DNA from: Prevotellaceae bacterium UBA2738
GTDB lineage: Bacteria; Bacteroidota; Bacteroidia; Bacteroidales; Bacteroidaceae
Length of the DNA: 64,000 bases
Assembly: GCA_002353585.1 (NCBI GenBank)
Contig: DEJW01000005.1
Coordinates: 8,155-72,154, forward strand
Direction of reading: 5' to 3'
Shown here: one piece after another, positions 29,277 to 37,736 of the stretch
How positions within the stretch are numbered: the stretch's first letter is position 1
Layout of the letters: each line of letters starts with the position of its first letter
The notes under the pieces: model-generated
Databases searched by the model: none
Told to the model about the DNA's origin: nothing
What the model saw: the letters and a program-made list of their open reading frames with translations, nothing else
Made by a program: the position numbers and the translations under genes

Positions 29277-31090
29277 TGTTTAAGTTGGCTCAAAGGCAAT
29301 TTACGCCAACCGCCTCTTCGCAAAGGGATATTCGCATGGGCACACAACCAGTAATTAAGATAAAATACCGTCCAGTTTTGCCCTTTTTCGCCTTGTGTAT
29401 GTGGATCTTTCTCCAAAAGATTAAAAGCCATACAGTCTCTCAGTAAAAGTGCCACCTCGCTATTCTTCTCATCCTGAAACCAGAAACCATCATAACCATA
29501 TCTTCCGGAATTCTCTTCCTTGACGGCAAAACCACTTACAGTTCGGTACGAATAACTATCGGAATAGGTTTGTTCCTTACAGAAAGATATTACTTGATTC
29601 AAAAATGCATATATTTTGTTTCCTCTAGGCAAACGTTTGATTTCTTCAAAGCGTTTCTTACAAAAGGACTTAATAATACTATCCTGCGTTTCAGGTTCCA
29701 AAGCATAATTTGCAGAATCCATAATTTTCTTTGCTAATAGAACCTCAAACATTCTGGAGGACAAATGAAGGAAAAGTTCAATATTTCCTGCTGATAGGTT
29801 TATTAATGTCTGTGAGCCGTAATACTGAGGTAGTCTCTTTATTTCACCAGGCAACAAATCAGCTGCAAGAGGAGATAATTCCATTAGGATTCCCTGTATT
29901 TCTTCTTCACTATACTCAAAAAGTCTAGCTGACTGACGTGAGGCATATATTAACAAAGCGCGACTATGGAGTGCTTTCTCATACGGTTCTTCTTTCTGTA
30001 TAGCCTTAATACCTTCAGCATAATTATCATAAACAGGCAGTGCTTTTAATTGAGTTAGATACTCCACACTCTTTTCGTTGTATTCATCCGTATAATTGAC
30101 GGTTGAGATTTCCGAAAGGTACGTAAACAGGTCAATGCCGTCTTCTGATTGTTTAGAGCGAATAGATGCCGTAGTAGTGGCCATTCTATTGAAGAGACTT
30201 TGAGACAAAGTATCCAACTTTATCACTTGAAAATCACGATCCATTATATTATTGTCGCTCAGGATCTCAACAGAACTGAGTGATTCCATACGTTCTGCAA
30301 GCCACAAGGTTGCCTTTTGGCGCATTCCTGCTACCTCATCACGAATAATCTTCTGCTGGTTATCTGACAACTTATGTCCATCATCAAATTGAAAGATGAA
30401 CTCTTCGCATAACGGCTTGTTATCAAATCGGAACCAAGTAGCTTTCATAGCGCTTAACGCAAATAATCTTATGTTTCCTTTGAATCCACCTTCCGGCGGC
30501 AGGAAGCTATCAAGGAACTCGCATACGCGACCTTCTTTGTCTGCAGCCCAGTCTAATAATTCCTTACCAGTATAAAATGCTTTGATGGCTCCCAACTCTG
30601 GAATTGGTTCCTCAGGTGTAAAAACCAATCTGTCTAAATCAGTGTATTTAACACCAGCCAGTGTCATACATGTTTTCAGGGTTGCGAGCACAATTCTTGC
30701 ATTAAGCAATGACAGAAATATACTTGTTTGCTCAGCTTCGCTGAACTGCTCGTCTTCCAATAATTTGTACTCACGTCCCATCTGTAGATAGACACCACAC
30801 TTTTGTATCTGCTCTCCATTACGCACTTCCAACTTCTTCAATTTTTTGAAGATAACCGGATAGTTAGTCTTAGTTACCTTTTGTAGAACTGATGGTGAGA
30901 ATAGCCGTAATAGTGTGGTCTTACCTGCACCCGGGGTACTCATTATATAGGTAAGTGTACCCCATAGCGTGTCATTCTTATAGTTATCCTCCAAATAGGA
31001 CAAGGGTTCTACAGAAAACAAGTCCAGGAACCTTTCATCAGTCTCTATTCGTTCAGAGACCCGTATGGAAAATGGATTCTTATAACTCAT
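29261..31090 (-). CDS. P-loop NTPase, gene 3 (C) of the candidate operon
   Basis: 609 aa. Walker A is MSTPGAGKTTLLRLF and the Walker B-like motif is EEFIFQFDDGHKL. A long helical C-terminal region of unknown function follows. Confidence 0.8.
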   Translation of the reverse strand: MSYKNPFSIRVSERIETDERFLDLFSVEPLSYLEDNYKNDTLWGTLTYIMSTPGAGKTTLLRLFSPSVLQKVTKTNYPVIFKKLKKLEVRNGEQIQKCGVYLQMGREYKLLEDEQFSEAEQTSIFLSLLNARIVLATLKTCMTLAGVKYTDLDRLVFTPEEPIPELGAIKAFYTGKELLDWAADKEGRVCEFLDSFLPPEGGFKGNIRLFALSAMKATWFRFDNKPLCEEFIFQFDDGHKLSDNQQKIIRDEVAGMRQKATLWLAERMESLSSVEILSDNNIMDRDFQVIKLDTLSQSLFNRMATTTASIRSKQSEDGIDLFTYLSEISTVNYTDEYNEKSVEYLTQLKALPVYDNYAEGIKAIQKEEPYEKALHSRALLIYASRQSARLFEYSEEEIQGILMELSPLAADLLPGEIKRLPQYYGSQTLINLSAGNIELFLHLSSRMFEVLLAKKIMDSANYALEPETQDSIIKSFCKKRFEEIKRLPRGNKIYAFLNQVISFCKEQTYSDSYSYRTVSGFAVKEENSGRYGYDGFWFQDEKNSEVALLLRDCMAFNLLEKDPHTQGEKGQNWTVFYLNYWLCAHANIPLRRGGWRKLPLSQLKQWISK

Positions 31091-31095
31091 ACGGA

Positions 31096-32253
31096 TTAGT
31101 GACGGCTAATGCGTGGAAATAAGCCACGGAATTGATTGGAATCCTGCCAAAGTATAGGCAGTGAGTTGTTTGGTGTATTGTGAGATAGCACTAAAGGAAG
31201 AGCGCATTCGTCAAATCCGAGGTATGGATGAGTAGTATTGCCCACCTTATATGCATCACTCTCGGTAACTTCATCGGTGAGATATTGTGGTTTCTTGAGA
31301 ACTGCCATCAAATCAACATCTGTAATAATGGAATTGCTCAATTCATTTTCAAGTTCTTGAACGATGTGTATCTCGAAAGTCACTTTTTTCTTAAACTGTC
31401 GCGACTTCAAATAGCTTTTTAGTCCATTTTCTATATTGGCTTTAGCTTTTTGAGTGGCCATACAGAAAAAAATGTCTATATGAATAACGTTATGATTAGG
31501 ATCAAGTACAAAACTCAAATGCTTCTTATCTTCTATGCCTGTTTTCTTTTTTCCCTCTGTTGCTATCTTATTCTCAGCACAAAGCTGATCAATTATCTTA
31601 GTAAGCTTGCCCTTGTATTTCTTTTCTTTTTTGTCATAGCGCACAAAACTCTTACCGCTAGCAGTAAAGTCGTCAATCAAAAAAATGCTCTGATAATACT
31701 TTGTGTTGTCACCCATTTTTTTCATATCATTCTGTAACTTCTTGAGTAGGTCGTCTATTTTCTCAGCATCAGGATAATAATTGGTTAACACCTGCTCGTT
31801 GCTAAAACCGGCATCACGACGAAGTATATCAATATGGGCACCATCACTAAGTCCAATAACTAGAGAGGAACGTTTCTCTATCCTGAAACGATTAACCACC
31901 TCCTTATTGGCTAAACAATAGGAAGCCTTACCTGTAGCCTTCGTTGCTTTGCTTAATAACAATGGTCGTATATTAGTATCATACAGCAAATCAACCAGAT
32001 AATTCATCTGAGTGGAAGAGATAAATACCAACCTGCTCTTTATGAATTTAAAAGCCACATCGCGGTCCTCTTGATCTAAACGATTCAACCACTGCACCAA
32101 ACTACTCATAAATCGCATACCAGGCATAAAGCGGTCATAACCATCGTATTTCATGCTTCCCATGAATTCAAGGGCCGCCCTCTCATTTGCCAATTGCTGT
32201 GGTTCCCACCCCATAATACTGGCAAGTAGTCTATGTGCCAAATTACTGTTCAT
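31096..32253 (-). CDS. phosphoribosyltransferase (PRTase)-fold protein, gene 2 (B) of the candidate operon
   Basis: 385 aa. The PRPP-binding-loop-like motif SIFLIDDFTASGKSF (four hydrophobic residues, an acidic pair, then a T/S-G-rich loop) lies behind a roughly 190-aa N-terminal region of unknown function. 4-nt overlap with gene A. Confidence 0.7.
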   Translation of the reverse strand: MNSNLAHRLLASIMGWEPQQLANERAALEFMGSMKYDGYDRFMPGMRFMSSLVQWLNRLDQEDRDVAFKFIKSRLVFISSTQMNYLVDLLYDTNIRPLLLSKATKATGKASYCLANKEVVNRFRIEKRSSLVIGLSDGAHIDILRRDAGFSNEQVLTNYYPDAEKIDDLLKKLQNDMKKMGDNTKYYQSIFLIDDFTASGKSFVRYDKKEKKYKGKLTKIIDQLCAENKIATEGKKKTGIEDKKHLSFVLDPNHNVIHIDIFFCMATQKAKANIENGLKSYLKSRQFKKKVTFEIHIVQELENELSNSIITDVDLMAVLKKPQYLTDEVTESDAYKVGNTTHPYLGFDECALPLVLSHNTPNNSLPILWQDSNQFRGLFPRISRH

Positions 32254-34151
32254 ACACTAAACTTACATTTAATCACACCATCCTTTGCAAAGAGCCGGCT
32301 CAGATAATAGAGCGTTGCATCAAGCCCATATATACCTGATGGGGCTATATTCCAGCAACTCTCTGCATTTTTCGATACGCGGTCAACGCTCAATGAATAC
32401 TTACTAGTCAGCATTTCGTAGTCGTTACCTTCCACTGTGCCATAATCACCTATGCACAAGGTGTGCCAGAAGTCTTCTATTACCCGTAGTTTGCTCACTT
32501 CACGGTAAACCACAATATCCATACTGTGACTACTACGCCACATACGGATACCATTCAACTGCTTGTCCCAAATGATTTCGCAGCAGGTGGAGTAAAGTAC
32601 CTCTGCATCAGATGAAGACTGCACTTCTTCTATAGAGAGCTGCTGGCTGCGGGGTGAAAGTTTATACTTGATAAAGTCCTTAGGTAAACGTCTCTGTAAT
32701 TCTTCACTCAGTTCTTTCAATTCGCTATCAAAGGGCTGTTTCTTCCATCTTTTCAGTTCATCTTCATCACCCAAAGCCAACAGGCAAGCGCCATTATAAT
32801 AACCCACCTTTATCTGTGGCCAATACATTTGGTCTAAGGAGTTCTTAAACGAATCCCCTACTGACTTGCCACGACCTGTTGCAACGACTATCTGAACTCT
32901 ATTTTCCAACAACGGCAAAAGAGCATTCTTTATCTCATCACACAATCTGTTTGTGAAACGGCTCTTATGGTTTGCAGCAGACAGTGTACCGTCATAGTCA
33001 AAGGCCACAGTAGTAAACTTGCCCTTATTCAGCTGCTTTACAAACCGCTGACAAGCCTCACTGTAATACTCCCATAATGGGGCATTTTCTATTCCTGAAG
33101 ATCCCAGTTTGCGACGTACCGCCACATCTAGTGTCTTTTCTGCGGGCAGTATGCGGTTGGTCAACTTGAAGTAGTCCAAATTATATAGTGTACGACCATA
33201 GGAAGGTACACCTGGACGACCTGGATCTATTCCACGAGCCACACCCAAATCATTCACAAAGCGGAACGCCTTTAGCAGCATGTCGATAGATGCAGCAGGC
33301 GTTTCCAACTCCGTTTCTATGAATACCACCGGTACATCCTTGGGCAAACAGCCAATGGTCTTATATGCCAGTTCCTGCTCAACGGGAGTTATCAGCGCAA
33401 TAATGCAAGAGTTATCTCCCTTCTTTGAAAACCAATGATGACGACCATGACCAAAGTTACGATAGTCGCTGAGCAAAGCAGAGCCTAAAGCAGCTTCTGT
33501 GAGTTTAGACTCAATATCCCACGCTACAGGTTCACCGGTTGCGCCATACAACACCAGAAAGTTTTGAATGCAGGTCAAGTCAAATTCATAATTCTTGGTA
33601 TATGTACCAAAAACCTGATAATTGAAACCTGAAACATCACTTAAACACTCAGCCGCCTTACATAGAAGTGCAAAAGTGGCTGCTAAAGAGTTGGTGGCCA
33701 GAAAGCCATCTTTCTCGCTGGGGATGTCTTCACACCAGCGCAGCACTTTGGGGTATTGGTCCAATAGTTCCTCGGTAGGATTGTTCTTGCGGAGGGTCAG
33801 GCTCATCATGCCTATCTCGTTATACTTTACGCCATACTTGATGGCATTCAGTATATCCTTGTTCTTACCACTGGCACTAAGGAAAAGTAGTTTGCTGCTA
33901 CGGATAATATTATGCCCTGCATACATCAACTGAAGCGGTGTCATAGCCTGTGCCAGCACACCATTGCACTGCTGATAGAGCTGGGCTGCATAATGGCAAG
34001 CACTAAGCGAACCGCCAGAGCCAATACACACCAAAGGTATCTGCTTGTTCTCTGCAAACAAAAACTGGGCAAGACGCATCACATCTTGCTGCTCAGCCCA
34101 TCGAATAGTTTCCGAAAGCTTTTTCAGTTCTTCCTTAAATGGCTTTCCCAT
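32250..34151 (-). CDS. double-SIS (GlmS/AgaS/FrlB-like phosphosugar-binding) domain fused to a HAD-IIB (Cof-type) phosphatase, gene 1 (A) of the candidate operon
   Basis: 633 aa. SIS-1 is LVCIGSGGSLSACHYAA...LLFLSASGKNKDILNA...FLATNSLAATFALL. SIS-2 is LVLYGATGEPVAWDIESKLTEA...FGHGRHHW. The HAD motifs are FDYDGTL (I), VVATGRG (II) and CIGDYGTVEGNDYEML (IV). Confidence 0.8.
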   Translation of the reverse strand: MGKPFKEELKKLSETIRWAEQQDVMRLAQFLFAENKQIPLVCIGSGGSLSACHYAAQLYQQCNGVLAQAMTPLQLMYAGHNIIRSSKLLFLSASGKNKDILNAIKYGVKYNEIGMMSLTLRKNNPTEELLDQYPKVLRWCEDIPSEKDGFLATNSLAATFALLCKAAECLSDVSGFNYQVFGTYTKNYEFDLTCIQNFLVLYGATGEPVAWDIESKLTEAALGSALLSDYRNFGHGRHHWFSKKGDNSCIIALITPVEQELAYKTIGCLPKDVPVVFIETELETPAASIDMLLKAFRFVNDLGVARGIDPGRPGVPSYGRTLYNLDYFKLTNRILPAEKTLDVAVRRKLGSSGIENAPLWEYYSEACQRFVKQLNKGKFTTVAFDYDGTLSAANHKSRFTNRLCDEIKNALLPLLENRVQIVVATGRGKSVGDSFKNSLDQMYWPQIKVGYYNGACLLALGDEDELKRWKKQPFDSELKELSEELQRRLPKDFIKYKLSPRSQQLSIEEVQSSSDAEVLYSTCCEIIWDKQLNGIRMWRSSHSMDIVVYREVSKLRVIEDFWHTLCIGDYGTVEGNDYEMLTSKYSLSVDRVSKNAESCWNIAPSGIYGLDATLYYLSRLFAKDGVIKCKFSV

Positions 34152-34197
34152 AATTAAACTTTGAGTCCACTTAAAAAAGTGGCATTAATTTGATTTA

Positions 34198-34205
34198 CAA
34201 AGGTA
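34198..34205 (-). promoter_or_regulatory. -7 promoter box (TACCTTTG on the minus strand) for the four-gene operon
   Basis: Perfect TAnnTTTG match 46 nt upstream of the ATG at 34151. Confidence 0.5.
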
Positions 34206-34320
34206 CTACTTTTTCTCGAAACGGAAGCATAAAATCATTGTTTCGCGCGTATTTTAAGCAAATTTTATCTGAAATCATACTTATGTGGCACAAAAAGTTG
34301 CCATAATTGAAGTTTTTTCG

Positions 34321-34328
34321 TACCTTTG
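34321..34328 (+). promoter_or_regulatory. -7 promoter box (TACCTTTG), divergent, about 265 nt upstream of the protease gene
   Basis: Perfect TAnnTTTG match on the + strand. The next + strand ORF starts only at 34593. Confidence 0.4.
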
Positions 34329-34592
34329 CAACGCATAGTGGCGACATACCATCTTTGCACGACATATTGAAATAATGAAGCGTTATGCTCGACTTGCAAA
34401 AGGAAACGTGAGAAACTTCCAAGAAAGAACTGCAAGAACGGTGTACGGTTCGCGCTATATAGCGTGGGCTGGTTACTCCTTCTCAGTTCAGGTAATTCTC
34501 ACGACCTCCTTTTGAAGAAGTGGTATATCAGTGCCACGCTTCTTCACGAACAAAAAGTCCTTAAGGCTACTGAGGGATATTGACTTGAAAGT

Positions 34593-36473
34593 ATGAAGAG
34601 TAGATTTTTGGTTATGGTTTCGATGCTACTGAGTATAACAAGTTATGCTCAAGTAACGACAATGTTCTATGGCCGTAATAAGATTCAATCAAAGAATGAA
34701 ACAGCAGCTTTGTATTCTGTAGAAATATATGAGAATAATACAAGAGTAACTGTTGAGTTAATACCAACAAAAAATCGTTCCCGCATGAATTATTGGACAA
34801 GCAGGAACACATACATAATAGTTGATGATAATATTGAGCTTCCCATACTTGGTTTCTTGGGAGAAAGGAGTGGGGAGCCAGTTGTTGATACAGATCCGTT
34901 TTCTGGGAATTGGGGATGGAGCAATGTGAAAAAAGATACAAAGTACTATTACACAATGGTCTTTGCTGGTAAAATTCCTCCAGGAATGACTAATTTTACA
35001 TTGAAGGATAAAGGTGCATATAATGGGGCGCATGGTTATGGATTCAGCAATTACGAACTTAATAATCCAAGAACAGGTACCACATCTTGGACTGAAGCAT
35101 CCGTAAAACAATTCGCAGATGCCAATAATGATGGCATCTGCGGAATCTATGAAGGCTCTGGAACGAATGGATATAAACTCGGATGTATAAAGGAGGGAAT
35201 TGAATACAGATTATTGTATCTCGGTGGAAAAGAACGATTGTCATGGTGGCAAATAGGTGATACAAAGGCTGTGTTACGGAATAGTGCAACTACAGGCTTC
35301 TTTAAGGGAGACTGGTATATGCAAGATAAGACACCAAATTCTGATTGTTATGTGGTTTTTGATGGAGGAAGTATGAAAACCATCATAGATAATGAAGAAG
35401 AATTTTATTTGAAGATGTATCCGACATCAAATTCAAATGGAACAAATACGGTTGCAGAGAAATGGACCGGTACAGGATTTGCATTAAATGGCGAATATAT
35501 AGTAACAAACTACCATGTTGTGGAAAATGCCACATCTATCAAAGTTCAAGGAGTGAGAGGAGATTTTAATAAAGTATATAATGCCAATGTCGTGTCAACT
35601 GACAAAACAAATGATTTAGCGATTATAAAAATCTCCGACCAGAACTTTAATGGGTTCGGCAATATACCATACAAAGTGAAAACCTCTTTATCAGAAGTAG
35701 GTGAAGATGTCTTTGTCTTGGGATATCCTCTTACTTCTACAATGGGAGATGAAATCAAACTGACTACAGGCGTAATCAGTTCTAAAACTGGATTTCAAGG
35801 TGACATTTCTCTTTATCAAATTTCAGCTCCTATACAACCAGGGAACAGCGGTGGGCCAGTCTTTGATGGGAAGGGCAATCTTATCGGGATTGTAAATGCT
35901 AAGCATAGAGGTGCCGAAAATGTAAGCTATGCCATAAAGTCTTCATATTTAGGCAATTTAATAGAAAGTGCCACATACGTTTCAGTTTTGCCCTCTAACA
36001 ACACCATTTCAACAATGTCATTGAGTAACAAAGTAAAGAATATTAGGGACTTTGTATTCATGATTACTTGTTCAAATGGACAACAAGCGACAGCAATGTC
36101 AAGTCAAAATGACATAGTTATCTCTTATCCATCAGTATCAAGCAATACTCTCAATGATTCACAACACTACACCTCTACACTTATATCAAAAGTTACTGTA
36201 GGAAACTACGCCACAATAATAGAACTAACCTTAAAGAATTATGTGTGGTGTTCCATAAATCCAGGAACATACATTTATGCTAATGGACAAAAATATACAT
36301 TACAACGTTCAGAGGGCATTGCAACCGAACCACAAAAAACTTATCCTTCTTATCGCGGTGCTGATATAGTATGTAGGTTGTATTTTCCTCCGATACCAAA
36401 ATCAACCAACTCTTTTGATTTGATAGAAAGTCAGAGTAGTAGATGGAAATTTTATGGGGTGAAACTGAGATAA
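34593..36473 (+). CDS. secreted trypsin-like (S1/S1C-type) serine protease with unknown N- and C-terminal domains
   Basis: 626 aa with a signal peptide (SMLLSITSYAQ). The catalytic triad context is IVTNYHVV (His), NDLAIIKI (Asp) and QPGNSGGPVFD (Ser). Confidence 0.8.
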   Translation: MKSRFLVMVSMLLSITSYAQVTTMFYGRNKIQSKNETAALYSVEIYENNTRVTVELIPTKNRSRMNYWTSRNTYIIVDDNIELPILGFLGERSGEPVVDTDPFSGNWGWSNVKKDTKYYYTMVFAGKIPPGMTNFTLKDKGAYNGAHGYGFSNYELNNPRTGTTSWTEASVKQFADANNDGICGIYEGSGTNGYKLGCIKEGIEYRLLYLGGKERLSWWQIGDTKAVLRNSATTGFFKGDWYMQDKTPNSDCYVVFDGGSMKTIIDNEEEFYLKMYPTSNSNGTNTVAEKWTGTGFALNGEYIVTNYHVVENATSIKVQGVRGDFNKVYNANVVSTDKTNDLAIIKISDQNFNGFGNIPYKVKTSLSEVGEDVFVLGYPLTSTMGDEIKLTTGVISSKTGFQGDISLYQISAPIQPGNSGGPVFDGKGNLIGIVNAKHRGAENVSYAIKSSYLGNLIESATYVSVLPSNNTISTMSLSNKVKNIRDFVFMITCSNGQQATAMSSQNDIVISYPSVSSNTLNDSQHYTSTLISKVTVGNYATIIELTLKNYVWCSINPGTYIYANGQKYTLQRSEGIATEPQKTYPSYRGADIVCRLYFPPIPKSTNSFDLIESQSSRWKFYGVKLR

Positions 36474-36476
36474 AAG

Positions 36477-36506
36477 ATAAGGGCGATATTTCGCCCTTAT
36501 TCTTTT
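36477..36506 (+). terminator. intrinsic terminator after the protease gene
   Basis: ATAAGGGCGA-TATT-TCGCCCTTAT (10-bp stem) followed by TCTTTT. Confidence 0.65.
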
Positions 36507-37228
36507 AATTGCCACATTTTCCCGTCCCATTCAAATTGGAAACCGTTCACTTCCAAATACGGAAGCCTATCAAATTCGATACTATTAACAAAATTCCACA
36601 TAAAGTAGATAAATAAAAAGTTCTGCCACTATCGACATTGTTGCAAAATTACTCAATTTTCAGTATTCCTACAATAGCATAAGTAAAACCATTAATATCA
36701 CTAAGTTATTTACTTATTCTTACAAAGAATGAAACAGACCCTTTTTCGCTAACACAAAGAAATAAAGCGAAAGTACACATAGAAAGCTATCTCAATTGCA
36801 ATCGTTATGATTGACAGTAGGGAAAGAGAGCAGACAACGTAGAATAGTTCCGTGGAAATCTAGACACCTTCTGTGCTCCTAAAGATTTACGGAAACCTAT
36901 GGGCTATGCCTTTGCGATAACACTTTCTCTCTAATATACAGAGTTGTTTGTGTTCGCAGAATTAGAAATAGCATCTACGACAGGCTTGCCTTGAAGTGGA
37001 AGCCTCCAATCAAACGATGTGGAGATGGGGTATTAGGCTACCCACTGCTTGAAAAATGTGGCATCGGCAAGCCGATTTTACACGCTTGATATTATTCTCT
37101 GGCATCGGCTCCGATATTCATGGCCTGCCATATGTGAGAATAGCTTAATGCCAGATTCCGTGACCTCTGCTTGCAGATTTATGTGGTCAGTCCAACGTTC
37201 GATGCTAATAGAAACGGGTAGTGAGCTT

Positions 37229-37260
37229 CCCGATGCTTGTTTTATGTGGCAAGCATCGGG
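37229..37260. other. 11-bp-stem hairpin in the ORF-free region
   Basis: CCCGATGCTTG-10 nt-CAAGCATCGGG. Related TGTGGCATCGG / TGTGGCAAGCATCGG direct-repeat words occur at about 37054, 37101 and 37240. Confidence 0.6.
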
Positions 37261-37736
37261 CATGCCCTCTACTTCATAGCTACATTGCCTTCATCCATTC
37301 CTTATTTCATGGATAGACGTTTTTTCCTTGTTAAGTTAATTTTTTTTCTCCAAACAAAGGGGAGAAAAAATACGGAAAAGAAAGATTTTTGAATTTCAAC
37401 CTCACTTACTCACTTGGGGGCTCTCAAGGCGCATGAATACTGGGATGAGGATAGTGACCTGTGTTTGGCTACACCTCACTTAGAGGTCACTTTATACCTC
37501 TGAAGTGCCTGCCACTTTTTCACTTTGTCATGAAAACGGCGATTTTACTGACAAAGTGAATTTTTCTGAAGGCGCGAGAGTGAAGAATTTGGAGGCGAGT
37601 GGGAAGTTTGGTTTCAAATTCGGAAATCTCGTGAATTTTGTAAAAGATTGGTGGTCAGAGGGTTGAAAAATGGGGTGATTTTTGTGCTGTGATATTGGTG
37701 TGGTAATCTGCGAATAAGGGTTGGATTTTTGGTTGC

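Noticed and set aside
34195-34422. 75-aa minus-strand ORF in the divergent promoter region
   Set aside because: It spans both TAnnTTTG boxes, has a Cys/Phe/Asn-rich junk-like sequence, and would start upstream of the promoter that drives the operon.
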